NCBI GenBank assembly: GCA_003223025.1
Contig: QHXR01000011.1
Location: 30,053-94,052 of the forward strand
Source of the DNA: Acidobacteriota bacterium
GTDB taxonomy: Bacteria > Acidobacteriota > Blastocatellia > Pyrinomonadales > Pyrinomonadaceae
Direction: 5' to 3'
Length of the DNA: 64,000 nt
The notes beneath the pieces were generated by a model. That model was not told the origin of the DNA. It was given only the letters and a program-made list of their open reading frames with translations, and made no database searches. Shown piece by piece: positions 8,767 to 18,210 of the stretch; the stretch's first letter is position 1; each line of letters begins with the position of its first letter. The position numbers were made by a program, and so were the translations under genes.

Positions 8767-9663
8767 ATGAAAATCAGAATCGGTTGTGTTTGTTTTATCC
8801 TCTTACTGTTCTGCTCAGTCGAAGCGCAGGTAAAAAAAATGAAAATATATATCTCCGCAGATATGGAAGGAGTCGTCGGTGTCGTCTCGGGTGATCAGTT
8901 GACGCCGACCGGTTTTGATTATCAGCGCACGCGCGAGCTAATGACGCAGGAAGTGAACTCCGCTATCGAGGCTGCGTTCGAGGCCGGTGCTACTGAGATC
9001 GTCGTCAGCGACTCGCACGGTAATGCTCAGAACTTGCTGATCGAAAAACTTCCGAAAAATATCATGCTCGTTCGCGGCTTTCCGCGCCCGCTGACGATGA
9101 TGCAGGGAATCGACGAGACCTTCGACGGAGTGATCTTTATCGGATATCACTCGAGCACGACCAATCCAAGCGGAGTGCGCGCTCATACATTTTCCAGCGC
9201 ACGGTTAGCTGACGTGCAACTTAATAATGTTTCGATGTCGGAAGGAAGTTTCAACGCGGCCGTCGCGGGACACTTCAACGTACCGGTGATCATGGTCTCG
9301 GGCGACGACGCGGCGGTGAAGGAAGTTTCGTCGGTCGTCGGCGATATGGAAGGGGCGATCGTGAAATGGAATTACGGTTTCCACTCCGCGAAAACGATGA
9401 TGCCGGACGCCGCCTACGCGCTCATCCGCGAGAAAGTAAAAAAGGCGGTCGGACGGATCAAAGACTTCAAGCCATACAAACTCAAGGCACCGGTTCAACT
9501 GGATGTCCGATTCAAAAGCTACCGTCCGTCGGAAGTGCTCAGTTATTTATCGATCGTCGAACGCACCGATGCTCACAGCATACGATTCACGGGCAAAGAT
9601 ATGGTCGAGGTCTCGAAATTCATCGAGTTCATCACGACGTACGAACCAAGTTTGGAACCTTAA
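8767..9663 (+). CDS. D-aminopeptidase, DppA / peptidase M55 family, with an N-terminal signal-like extension
   Basis: 298 aa. Core MKIYISADMEGVVGV, SDSHGNAQN and GYHSSTTNPSG is typical of M55. A 24-aa hydrophobic leader (MKIRIGCVCFILLLFCSVEAQVKK) precedes the canonical Met at 8839, which is an alternative start. Confidence 0.8.
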   Translation: MKIRIGCVCFILLLFCSVEAQVKKMKIYISADMEGVVGVVSGDQLTPTGFDYQRTRELMTQEVNSAIEAAFEAGATEIVVSDSHGNAQNLLIEKLPKNIMLVRGFPRPLTMMQGIDETFDGVIFIGYHSSTTNPSGVRAHTFSSARLADVQLNNVSMSEGSFNAAVAGHFNVPVIMVSGDDAAVKEVSSVVGDMEGAIVKWNYGFHSAKTMMPDAAYALIREKVKKAVGRIKDFKPYKLKAPVQLDVRFKSYRPSEVLSYLSIVERTDAHSIRFTGKDMVEVSKFIEFITTYEPSLEP

Positions 9664-9722
9664 ACGTGCACCTGCCGATGACGTGTCAGGTTAGGGAAAT
9701 GAGCCGCGAAAGGCGCCGCTGG

Positions 9723-9876
9723 AATTTAGCTCCGCTAGGAGCGAAATGTTGGTAGCATTCGCCCCATTCTTTTTCTTAAAGCTCCGAGGGGCGGCACATT
9801 GTGTCGCTCCTCCGGAGCTTCTATTTTTTCTCGCGCTTCTGCTACCAATATTTCGCTCCTAACGGAGCTAAGAATT
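9723..9876. repeat. MITE-like element with ~36-nt terminal inverted repeats
   Basis: aatttagctccgctaggagcgaaatgttggtagca (9723-9757) matches the reverse complement of tgctaccaatatttcgctcctaacggagctaagaatt (9840-9876). Internal inverted pair aagctccgagg / cctccggagctt. The right end abuts the stop codon of the next gene. Confidence 0.8.
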
Positions 9877-10300
9877 AGACGGCACCACGACTACCCGCGA
9901 ATCGCGCACCGAGGTAGACTGCGACCAACTTCGTTACTACCGAAACGACGACGACCATCCCGATCCTCGAAGTCTCTCCTACGGCCACCACTATTGCGAT
10001 GTCGATGACGGCGTAGGCAAACCAGATAACGAGCGCCGACTTTACGGCAAATTCACCCTTCCACCAGCCGCCGACCCACCAGCCCGCGAGAAACATAAGA
10101 GGAATTCCCGCGACGATGCTGCAGTAGGGCGCGGCGATCTGAATGTGAGCGTCGTAGTACTCCTTGTCATGGCCGGGATCGATCAGATAACTGTAAACAA
10201 CCATGTAAAGAACGCTCGCCACGATATTCGCGACCATCACCAAAAGCGCAATTCCGATCAGCCATGCGATCCGGCTCAAGTTGAACAAACTTTCTACCAT
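9875..10300 (-). CDS. hypothetical integral membrane protein (about 4 TM)
   Basis: Hydrophobic ORF. The track start at 10345 is TTG; the first ATG is at 10300 (MVESLFNLSRIAWLIGIALL). Confidence 0.55.
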   Translation of the reverse strand: MVESLFNLSRIAWLIGIALLVMVANIVASVLYMVVYSYLIDPGHDKEYYDAHIQIAAPYCSIVAGIPLMFLAGWWVGGWWKGEFAVKSALVIWFAYAVIDIAIVVAVGETSRIGMVVVVSVVTKLVAVYLGARFAGSRGAV

Positions 10301-10369
10301 ATTGGGCGAATGATAGCGCGCTATTGCTTGGTATTCGAGCAACAAGATTCGCAGGTTTGGAGAACTCGT

Positions 10370-10681
10370 TTAGGGCTGATACCTTGCCATAATTGCATCC
10401 AGGTCAGTCCCGGCGCCGGCAGCGACGATCTTGCCATCAGGACCTAAGGCCACATCATAGGGTCTTGAACTTTCGCGTACGCCATTTAAGAAAAACTGTG
10501 TATGCACCTTTCCGATATTTCCAAACGTCGCGTCGTACGCACCATCTGGCGTAAACCGAACGACAGAAAAATCATATTTACCGTCCCAACCGCGAGGGCC
10601 GGTCGTTACTATCCTTTGCTGCGGCCTGTCGAAGTCTGACCAAAAGTAAAGGAGTCTTTTCACTCGTCCTCGCGAGCTCAT
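10370..10681 (-). CDS. small protein with delta-60-type repeat signature, probably a gene remnant
   Basis: 103 aa. FSVVRFTPDGAYDATFGNIGKV and VALGPDGKIVAAGAG..DAIMARY resemble one to two delta-60 repeat units, which normally occur in much larger proteins. Confidence 0.4.
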   Translation of the reverse strand: MSSRGRVKRLLYFWSDFDRPQQRIVTTGPRGWDGKYDFSVVRFTPDGAYDATFGNIGKVHTQFFLNGVRESSRPYDVALGPDGKIVAAGAGTDLDAIMARYQP

Positions 10682-10938
10682 GAGTGAATCGACTCCTTCT
10701 CACTGTGAACGATGTCATGGCAATTCTGTGTGTAACCTATGTCATAACACTTGTCACTTAATACTTAACTCGCTTGACGTAGCGTTTGGGCAGTTCCAGT
10801 TGGAATCAAGGCCGACTACCTCGACCGATACTTGTAACTGCTCTCCCGACCTTTCCTTCGGATGGCTGATCTTGATCGTCGTAGCAACTGTCACTCTCGT
10901 GCCCGCGCGTAGTCGCGCTTCCAATGCCACTTCCTGCC

Positions 10939-12558
10939 TTATCCGGAATCGCCTTCGTTTAACCGCTTTGCACGAATCTTCAATTCTTCCAGGTCGATCA
11001 GCGAGAGGTACTTTCTGATCAGATCTTCATCCAGTTCTGCGGAGCGGTTCAATTCCGTAAGAAGTTTTCGTTGTCGATCCAAAAGGTCGAGGTAGATAAC
11101 GCTATATTCTGTCGATGGATTTTCGCGTGGATCGTCCGTTGGCTCGAGTTTCTTTTCCAGCATTCTCAGATCCGTCTCAAGCCTCGCGACCAAGTTATCC
11201 AGGTATTCGTTCTCTACGCTTTCTTTGCCGTATTTTTCGTCGAGGTATTTGAGTGAACCATCGACGATCTTTTTTTGGATGATCAGTTCTTGATCGCGTT
11301 CGGGGATGCCGGTGAACTTGTCTTCCGCATGAACCTTCCGTATCACCCACGGCAGCGTCAACCCCTGAAACACCAGAGTGACCAAAATAACAATGAAGGT
11401 AATGAAAAGAATCAGATTCCGATAAGGGAAAGGCTCAGCCCCGCTTGCGTACAACGGGATCGAAAGTGCCATCGCGAGCGATACGACACCGCGCATCCCG
11501 GACCAGCCAAGAATTAGCGGATTCCGCCAGCCGGGGTGCGAATCCGCCACCGTGATGAAGCGGCTCATGAAAGTCGTGAAGACCGATGCTCCGAGAGTGC
11601 AAAGGATCCGCGCCACGACCAGGACGAAAGAGATGGCCAGCCCATACCAAATTGCCGCACCGATGCTTGTCTCTCCGAGTTGCCGGGTTATCGATGGCAG
11701 TTGTAATCCGATAAGCATGAATACCAACCCGTTGAGCACAAAGACAAGACTGTTCCAGACGTTCACACCTTCGACCCTGGTGCGAAAGCTGAGCATGCTC
11801 TGGCGCCGGTTCGACAGGAAAAGGCCGCCGCTCACGACGGCCAGGACACCTGAGTAATGAAAATGCTCAGCCGCGTAATACATGCAATATGGAGTCACCA
11901 GAGTCAGAACGATCTCGATGCCCGATGTCGTCGGTAGCCATCGATGTACGGCGTAGAAAATAACGCCGACCAGGATCCCGATGACTGCTCCCATAATTAC
12001 GACGACGAAAAAGCTCACAGCCGCATCTTGAACTTGGAACTGGCCGGTGATCACAGCCGCGAGTGCGAAACGAAATACGATGAGAGACGACGCGTCGTTA
12101 AGTAAGCTTTCGCCTTCCGCGATGTTGACCTGCGCCTTCGATACGTCGACCCGTCGCATTATGGTCGTCGCCGCGACCGCGTCCGGTGGCGAGATGATTC
12201 CGCCCAAGAGAAAACCTAAAGCGAGGGTGAATCCCGGTATCAGAAAACTCGAAAACAGCGCAATTATGCACGCCGTGATGATGACGATGGGAAACGCGAA
12301 ACCCGTGATAACGCGCCGCCAGCGCCAGAATTCTTTCCACGAAACTTGCCATGCTGCTTCGTAAAGAAGCGGTGGAAGAAAGATGAAGAAGACGAGCTCC
12401 GGATCGATTGTGATCTGTGAAAATTCTGCGACGAAACTGAGGATCAGTCCGCCGAGCACAAGGACGATCGGATAGGCAATGTTGAGCCTGTTCGCGATCA
12501 TCACGAGCGCGAGGATGATCAATATCAGATATACATATTCAATAAAGAGGTCTTGCAT
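10939..12558 (-). CDS. Na+/H+ antiporter, CPA1 (NhaP-type) with cytoplasmic C-terminal domain
   Basis: 539 aa with about 12 TM helices, followed by a charged coiled C-terminal tail. Typical CPA1 stretches are AATTIMRR, ESLLNDA and GMRGVVSLAMAL. Confidence 0.9.
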   Translation of the reverse strand: MQDLFIEYVYLILIILALVMIANRLNIAYPIVLVLGGLILSFVAEFSQITIDPELVFFIFLPPLLYEAAWQVSWKEFWRWRRVITGFAFPIVIITACIIALFSSFLIPGFTLALGFLLGGIISPPDAVAATTIMRRVDVSKAQVNIAEGESLLNDASSLIVFRFALAAVITGQFQVQDAAVSFFVVVIMGAVIGILVGVIFYAVHRWLPTTSGIEIVLTLVTPYCMYYAAEHFHYSGVLAVVSGGLFLSNRRQSMLSFRTRVEGVNVWNSLVFVLNGLVFMLIGLQLPSITRQLGETSIGAAIWYGLAISFVLVVARILCTLGASVFTTFMSRFITVADSHPGWRNPLILGWSGMRGVVSLAMALSIPLYASGAEPFPYRNLILFITFIVILVTLVFQGLTLPWVIRKVHAEDKFTGIPERDQELIIQKKIVDGSLKYLDEKYGKESVENEYLDNLVARLETDLRMLEKKLEPTDDPRENPSTEYSVIYLDLLDRQRKLLTELNRSAELDEDLIRKYLSLIDLEELKIRAKRLNEGDSG

Positions 12559-12774
12559 ATATGCAGAGCGAAACCGATCAGATTCCTCAATAAGTTGTCA
12601 GGAATTTGGTTTGTTCAAACGCCTATGTTGAACCACACAGTCTTAGCAGTAACGTCCGCGACGAACGCGTTTTTCTTTCCGGTAAAGGCGGGATCCATGT
12701 TTGTTCTTACGCATAAACCCGTCGGTGTCGCGGGGGCGGGATCGGGATAACGAGGAACTCGTCAGGCAATGGCG

Positions 12775-13809
12775 TCATGGCTCGATCATTACTTTCAACG
12801 CCTCTCGGTCGTTCATCGCGCGATACCCATCGGGAACACCGTCAAGGACGACTGTACGGTCGAAAACTCGACCGGGCTCGATCTCGCCATCCATGACGAG
12901 CGGCAATAGTTCCTCAATGTAGGCCCGCACCGGTGCCGGTCCACCACTTACGGTCACGTTCTTAAAAAACATATTCGCGGTTTCGGGCAAAGCTGCGTAG
13001 TGCGGAACGCCGACACGCCCGACGGCTCCGCCGGGCCTTACGATCTGCATCGATGTCAGCATCGACTGTTCGCTGCCAACGCATTCAAGGACCGAATGGA
13101 CACCGCTTCCGCCCGTGATCTCGCGAACACGCTCAACCGCTTCTTCACCTCGCTCGCTTACGACATCCGTCGCACCATAATCTTTCGCAAGCTCCAATCG
13201 TCCTGCATGACGACCCATAATAATGATCTGTTCTGCGCCGAGCAGCTTCGCGGCGATGACACCACACAGTCCGACCGCACCGTCGCCAACGACGGCGACA
13301 CGATCTCCCTCTCCAACGGCGGCCATCAACGCGGCGTGATATCCGGTTCCCATAACGTCCGAAAGCGTGAGCAGGGAACCGAGCATCGCAGGGTCTTCTG
13401 AAGTTGGGACTGCATACAGAGTCCCTTCCGCCTGCGGGATTCGAACCGCCTCGGCCTGAGCTCCGGCGATCTGCGGATTGCCAAAGAACCCACCGTGCAG
13501 GCATGAAGTATTAAGCCCTTCTTCGCAGAATTCGCACGTTCCGTCCGAAAACGCAAAAGGCATTATGACGAAGTCGCCTTTCTTTACGTTCCGAACTTCT
13601 GCTCCGACATCCTCGACGACACCTATCGCTTCGTGACCCATCACACGCGGAGGATCGTCGGGCGTGAGATCTTTGTACGGCCAGAGATCGCTGCCGCAAA
13701 TGCATGCCCGCGTCACGCGCAGGATCGCGTCCGTCGGTTCAACGATCGTAGCGTCCGCTACATTTTCAATGCGGACATCGCCCGCTCCATACATTACTGT
13801 TCCACGCAT
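12775..13809 (-). CDS. zinc-dependent alcohol dehydrogenase (MDR family)
   Basis: 344 aa. Motifs CICGSDLW, GHEAIGVVEDVG and the Rossmann motif VVGDGAVGL. A ggagagag RBS precedes the ATG. Confidence 0.9.
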   Translation of the reverse strand: MRGTVMYGAGDVRIENVADATIVEPTDAILRVTRACICGSDLWPYKDLTPDDPPRVMGHEAIGVVEDVGAEVRNVKKGDFVIMPFAFSDGTCEFCEEGLNTSCLHGGFFGNPQIAGAQAEAVRIPQAEGTLYAVPTSEDPAMLGSLLTLSDVMGTGYHAALMAAVGEGDRVAVVGDGAVGLCGVIAAKLLGAEQIIIMGRHAGRLELAKDYGATDVVSERGEEAVERVREITGGSGVHSVLECVGSEQSMLTSMQIVRPGGAVGRVGVPHYAALPETANMFFKNVTVSGGPAPVRAYIEELLPLVMDGEIEPGRVFDRTVVLDGVPDGYRAMNDREALKVMIEP

Positions 13810-13938
13810 TTTCTCTCTCCTTAACTAGAACGGGTTTGTAGCCCGGCTCCCGCGCGAACGCGACAACTATCCAAAGTATTTTTCCCATTCCTGTCCCCGC
13901 CGTTTAGCTGAGTGCATGACGACAGCACTCGTTTGGGA

Positions 13939-14457
13939 TCACCGGCCGACCTTGTATTCTTCGTCCGTCACGGGCTTGAGCCATGTCACGTTGCCGGCAC
14001 CTTTGTCGTTTGTGATCGCGATGTGAGTCATCCGGGTATTCGGCGTCGCTCCGTGCCAGTGCTCGATATTCGGATCGCAGACGATCGTCTCGCCTTTGTT
14101 TATGGTTCTGATTTTCTGTCCTCTTTCCTGATAGAGTCCCTGGCCGTCGATCACCACCAGCGTTTGACCTGCCGGATGCGTGTGCCAGTTGCTCCTCGCA
14201 CCGGGCTCGAACGTCACGCTTCCGATGCCGTATTCATCGCCGCCTGTTTTTTGCGCAAGCATGTGGAGCCATACCGTTCCCGTAAACCAATCCGCTGGCG
14301 CTCTGTCGCCCTTCGGGAATATCCCGTTCCACTTTTCGGTTTGTGTCGTTTCCATTTTCGTTGTCTCCATGTTCGCCGTCCGTTGACCACCACACCCGAT
14401 GGCGGTGAGAAGTGCACCGCAGAGAATCAGTCCGATCGTTGTTTTTCTCGCTTTCAC
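13939..14457 (-). CDS. cupin-domain lipoprotein
   Basis: 172 aa with a GTG start. Lipobox-like LTAIGC. Cupin motifs FEPGARSNWHTHPAGQTLVV and HWHGA. Confidence 0.8.
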   Translation of the reverse strand: MKARKTTIGLILCGALLTAIGCGGQRTANMETTKMETTQTEKWNGIFPKGDRAPADWFTGTVWLHMLAQKTGGDEYGIGSVTFEPGARSNWHTHPAGQTLVVIDGQGLYQERGQKIRTINKGETIVCDPNIEHWHGATPNTRMTHIAITNDKGAGNVTWLKPVTDEEYKVGR

Positions 14458-14459
14458 TC

Positions 14460-14879
14460 TTACCTCTTCAGCTTCTTGAAAATTTTCGTCATCGTCTCCG
14501 GATCGATCTCGGTCATGTCAACGAGCTTGAGCGACTTCACCATGTTCAGGGTCGTTGTCTTATATTTTTGGAAATGTGGCGTTTTGAGATGTGATTCATA
14601 GGCTTCTCGGGTTGCATAGATTTCCAAAATTCTGATCTCGGTTGGATGTTCCTTTTCAAACATCGGGAAAATGGCGACCACGCCCGGCTCCAACCTTATC
14701 GAGTCGGATGATTCTTCGGTCAAAATACGCTTGTATTCATCGAGAAATTCCGGATGGATCACGATTTCAGATATGCGAATCATCATTCCTTTTTGTTGAG
14801 CGGACCCAGTGTTATGACCAGCAATAATTGTCACCACGAGTAAAAGCGGGACGATAATATTTTTTACATTCCTTATCAT
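14460..14879 (-). CDS. ABM (antibiotic-biosynthesis-monooxygenase-like) domain protein, secreted
   Basis: 139 aa with a signal-like N-terminus. EIYATREAYESHLKTPHFQKY is typical of ABM / quinol monooxygenase-like proteins. Confidence 0.7.
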   Translation of the reverse strand: MIRNVKNIIVPLLLVVTIIAGHNTGSAQQKGMMIRISEIVIHPEFLDEYKRILTEESSDSIRLEPGVVAIFPMFEKEHPTEIRILEIYATREAYESHLKTPHFQKYKTTTLNMVKSLKLVDMTEIDPETMTKIFKKLKR

Positions 14880-15616
14880 TTCTTTTGTCTCGAGGCGGTG
14901 ATCTTTGCCAGTGAGCTGCGGGCTGTTTCCGCCTGCTGCCGGCTGATATTTTTTTCGATGAGATCGAATGCGCTCTCCAGTTCTGCTTCTTTCAAACCTG
15001 TGTTCATTCCCATCGAAATATGAGATTCCAGTTGAGGTACAACTCCGGTCATCGCGGCAAGTGCTGAGATCGTCGCCAACTCACGCTGCTGGTTCGTCAG
15101 AACATCGCTGTCGAAAATGTCGGCAAACAAATGCTCTTTCAGAAAGCGATCGATCGTCGGGTTGAATTCTCCGAAGCCGGGTGCGGGTCTGGACTGTGGT
15201 TGTCCCGTCAGTCTTTCGAGTGTCTTCCTTCCTCGTTCGTATTTATCTCCGGCGGTGACGGGCGCAGATGATCTGCCCTCGTGGTCTTTCACGCCCCTCT
15301 TCTTTCGTTCATCGACGACGGACATGAATGTGCTTATGCCATTCAAGCTTCGCGGAAAACCGGCATAGGCATACATCTGCGCAAGAATTTCGTTGATCTC
15401 ATTCACGGTCAATCCAGCGTCCAGCCCACCGTGAAGTGCGCTCCGCAACTTTTCCAGATCACCCGTCGCCGTCAGTGCGGCGACCGAAACGATTCCCCGT
15501 TGCCGAGCATCAAGTGCCTGCTCCTTCTCTGTATTTGTTTGTGCGTTCATGTTTGTTGTAAACCCTGTTAGCAGAAGTAAAAGAACGATTGCCGATCTAA
15601 CCAAAAGCATTTTCAT
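14876..15616 (-). CDS. carboxymuconolactone decarboxylase (CMD/AhpD-like) family protein, two-domain
   Basis: 246 aa with a signal-like N-terminus. Two CMD-like halves are visible (EILAQMYAYAGFPRSLN; SALAAMTG..QLESHISMGMNTGL). Overlaps the downstream gene by 4 nt. Confidence 0.75.
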   Translation of the reverse strand: MKMLLVRSAIVLLLLLTGFTTNMNAQTNTEKEQALDARQRGIVSVAALTATGDLEKLRSALHGGLDAGLTVNEINEILAQMYAYAGFPRSLNGISTFMSVVDERKKRGVKDHEGRSSAPVTAGDKYERGRKTLERLTGQPQSRPAPGFGEFNPTIDRFLKEHLFADIFDSDVLTNQQRELATISALAAMTGVVPQLESHISMGMNTGLKEAELESAFDLIEKNISRQQAETARSSLAKITASRQKK

Positions 15617-15739
15617 CTAACCTCACAGGCGGGGGAACCGTTGTCGTCAACATTAGCAATTCCCAAATTAACCTAACCCGATCATTGCCGCGTCAATCAC
15701 ATGTCGGCGCTCTATCATTGCGTCTTTCACGCTCCGACC

Positions 15740-16507
15740 TCATGCAATCGTTTGTCCACCATCTGCGACGAGCGCGTGCCCGACGATGAACGACGCCGCA
15801 TCCGAGCATAACCAAACAACAGAATCCGCTATTTCCTCAGGCCGGCCTGCCCGTCCTATGGGCTCTTCCGAAACGACCTGAGCCCAACCTTCCTCCGTCC
15901 CGCCGGTGAACCGATCCATCATGGGTGTCGCGATGTAGCCGGGTGCAATAACGTTTACGCGGATGTTTTGTGCGGCGTAATCAAGAGCTGCGGATTTACT
16001 CAATCCGATTACGGCATGCTTTGTCGCGGCGTATGCGGATCCGCCTTTAATGCCGATCACGCCGGCACCGGACGAGGTGTTCACGATCGCGCCGCCGCCC
16101 TGCTTGAGCATCAGCGGTATCTCGTACTTCATGCAAAGAAAGACACCGCGGAGATTCACACCGACCAGACGTTCGAACTCGTCCTGATCGATGTCCGCGA
16201 CTGCAAGGTTCTTTTGCTCGACGCCCGCGTTGTTAAAGGCAACATCCAGACGTCCGAACTCTGCAATGGTTTTGTCGAGAGCTGCCTTTATGTCTTCACT
16301 ACGAGTAACGTCGCATGTCACGGACAAAGCTCGTCCGCCTTGTTCCTCGATCAGCCGAGCTGTCTCGCGGCTGCTTTCTTCGAAAATGTCGGCAACAGTA
16401 ACGCTCGCGCCTTCACGTGCAAACGCCAGGGCCGTTGCGCGCCCGATGCCGCTTCCCGCACCGGTTACGAAAGCGACCTTGCCCTTATAGAAATTTTTCT
16501 CGCTCAT
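15740..16507 (-). CDS. short-chain dehydrogenase/reductase (SDR)
   Basis: 255 aa. Motifs TGAGSGIGRA, NNAG and the catalytic YAATKHAV. Confidence 0.9.
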   Translation of the reverse strand: MSEKNFYKGKVAFVTGAGSGIGRATALAFAREGASVTVADIFEESSRETARLIEEQGGRALSVTCDVTRSEDIKAALDKTIAEFGRLDVAFNNAGVEQKNLAVADIDQDEFERLVGVNLRGVFLCMKYEIPLMLKQGGGAIVNTSSGAGVIGIKGGSAYAATKHAVIGLSKSAALDYAAQNIRVNVIAPGYIATPMMDRFTGGTEEGWAQVVSEEPIGRAGRPEEIADSVVWLCSDAASFIVGHALVADGGQTIA

Positions 16508-16545
16508 TGATATTTTGTCCGTTTTTTATTTGCACCTTCGAGGCT

Positions 16546-17034
16546 TTAATCCAGCTCAAACGTCACCGTTACATTTCGTGATCCTACTGCCGCTTCGAGT
16601 CCGGAAGGATCGTTGATCCTTCCGAGTTTCGTGTAGCTGTACGAAGTCGGGAACGATTTGTAAAACAGCACGAGTGTGCGATCGCCCCAGATCATCAGAT
16701 CACCGTTGCTGATTGTTTTGGTATTCGACGAATCGGTAGGAAACCGCGTTGAGAAATCGTACTTTTTTTCGTTACCGTTCAATTCGTCCATGTTCAGCGT
16801 CAACGGGAGCATCGCTTCGAACGCGTCCGCCGTCGGATTATCAAACAGTGTCGCGTCGAAAACTTTTGTAGCGATCCTGATCTTCATCTTTTTCTCTTTC
16901 GAGCTGTGGGCAATATCACCTGTCCCATTTTCAGGTGCAGCGGCTCGGCGGTTCTGGCCGCATCCCACCGTAACCGCCGCTAGTGAAATTACCGATAAGA
17001 TAATTACCGTCAAATACCAACGCATTCTCATCAT
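16546..17034 (-). CDS. cyclophilin-like-fold lipoprotein (uncharacterised family)
   Basis: 162 aa with lipobox TVGC. FDATLFDNPTADAFEAMLPLTLNM..NGNEKKY and GDLMIWGDRTLVLFY resemble cyclophilin-like domain proteins. Confidence 0.6.
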   Translation of the reverse strand: MMRMRWYLTVIILSVISLAAVTVGCGQNRRAAAPENGTGDIAHSSKEKKMKIRIATKVFDATLFDNPTADAFEAMLPLTLNMDELNGNEKKYDFSTRFPTDSSNTKTISNGDLMIWGDRTLVLFYKSFPTSYSYTKLGRINDPSGLEAAVGSRNVTVTFELD

Positions 17035-18059
17035 TTCAAATTGGCTTTGAAGAAAGTATCCAACTTATCGAACGGAATAATCTGTACTCGGTCGTACAGA
17101 TCGACGTGTCCTGCGTCAGGTACGATCACCAGCTCCTTCGGCTGTGCCGCTCGCTTGTACGCGTCCTCGCTAAACTCGCGCGAGTGAGCGGAGTCCCCGG
17201 TGATGAACAGCATTGGCCGCGGTGAGATCGTTTCGATGTCGTTGAACGGATAAAAGTTCAGGAACTTGACGAAGCTGCTAAGCGTGGGCTTTGTTGTAAT
17301 CTCTGCGGACTCTCCCTTCGGTGTGTATGCGCCTCTGCTTGTTCGATAGAAGTCGAAAAATTCTCGCTGGATTGCGTCAGTGTTCTCTTCAAGCTTGTTG
17401 ACCGTGCCGGGGATGTACACGGTTTCGCCACCGGTAAACTCATTGAAGCGTTGATCGATCGCCGTCTTGATAAACGCCTTGCGCTGCTCTAAGGTTTGCG
17501 ATCTCTTGAGCCCGTTTCGTGCCGCCGCACCCATGTCGTACATGCTCACCGTCGCGATGGCCTTCATGCGTGGATCGATCTTCGCAGCGCTGATAACGAA
17601 ACTGCCGCTGCCGCAGATCCCGAGAACTCCGATCCGCTCCTTGTCTACAAAAGTCTGAGTGCTCAAGTAATCTACTGCGGCACTAAAATCATCAGCGTAG
17701 ATTTCCGGTGATACAAGATGTCCGGGTTTCCCCTCGCTCTCACCCCAGAATGAAAGGTCGAGCGATAGTGTGACAAATCCTCTGTCCGCCATTTTAGCGG
17801 CATAGAGATTTGAGCTTTGCTCTTTAACCGCGCCCATAGGATGTCCGACGACGATCGCCGAATTTTTGATATTGCGATTCATGTCTTTGGGGACGAAAAG
17901 ATTCCCAACGACGTTCATCTGATATTGGTTCTTGAAGGTAACTTTCTGCACGGTTACCTTATCGCTTTTGTAAAAGTTGTCCGCGCCTTCCGACAAGTCC
18001 TGTGCAGATGCGGAAAGTGAATTGATCATAAGTGCGAATAAGACGATTAGTTTTTTCAT
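17031..18059 (-). CDS. alpha/beta hydrolase (dienelactone-hydrolase-like), secreted
   Basis: 342 aa with a signal peptide. Nucleophile elbow GICGSG. Its stop overlaps the start of the downstream gene (ATGA). Confidence 0.8.
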   Translation of the reverse strand: MKKLIVLFALMINSLSASAQDLSEGADNFYKSDKVTVQKVTFKNQYQMNVVGNLFVPKDMNRNIKNSAIVVGHPMGAVKEQSSNLYAAKMADRGFVTLSLDLSFWGESEGKPGHLVSPEIYADDFSAAVDYLSTQTFVDKERIGVLGICGSGSFVISAAKIDPRMKAIATVSMYDMGAAARNGLKRSQTLEQRKAFIKTAIDQRFNEFTGGETVYIPGTVNKLEENTDAIQREFFDFYRTSRGAYTPKGESAEITTKPTLSSFVKFLNFYPFNDIETISPRPMLFITGDSAHSREFSEDAYKRAAQPKELVIVPDAGHVDLYDRVQIIPFDKLDTFFKANLK

Positions 18060-18210
18060 GACTCTCCACGGCTCTCCGTTTTCTTGTTTCGATAAGTTTG
18101 ATGTGGGTAGGGTTTTTGCGGATATGACGATACTTGCGAATGATTGGACGATCCTGCTATATCGGCAAAAAAGGTTTCCCCGCGCGAGTGCAAAGCCGTA
18201 CTATGAATCT

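Noticed and set aside
10682-10938. Possible small RNA or tRNA fragment in the 250-bp gap.
   Set aside because: I could not fold any cloverleaf or recognise a conserved RNA motif. The overlapping ORF 10680-11018 runs into the antiporter gene and looks spurious.
13912-14601. 229-aa plus-strand ORF.
   Set aside because: It is antisense to the cupin and ABM genes, which have clear family motifs. The ORF is Arg/Cys/Ser-rich and looks like a shadow ORF.
17977-18210. The long N-terminal extension of the AraC gene in the ORF track.
   Set aside because: It overlaps the divergent hydrolase gene start and the promoter region. The ATG at 18211 gives a normal-length AraC_N + HTH protein.
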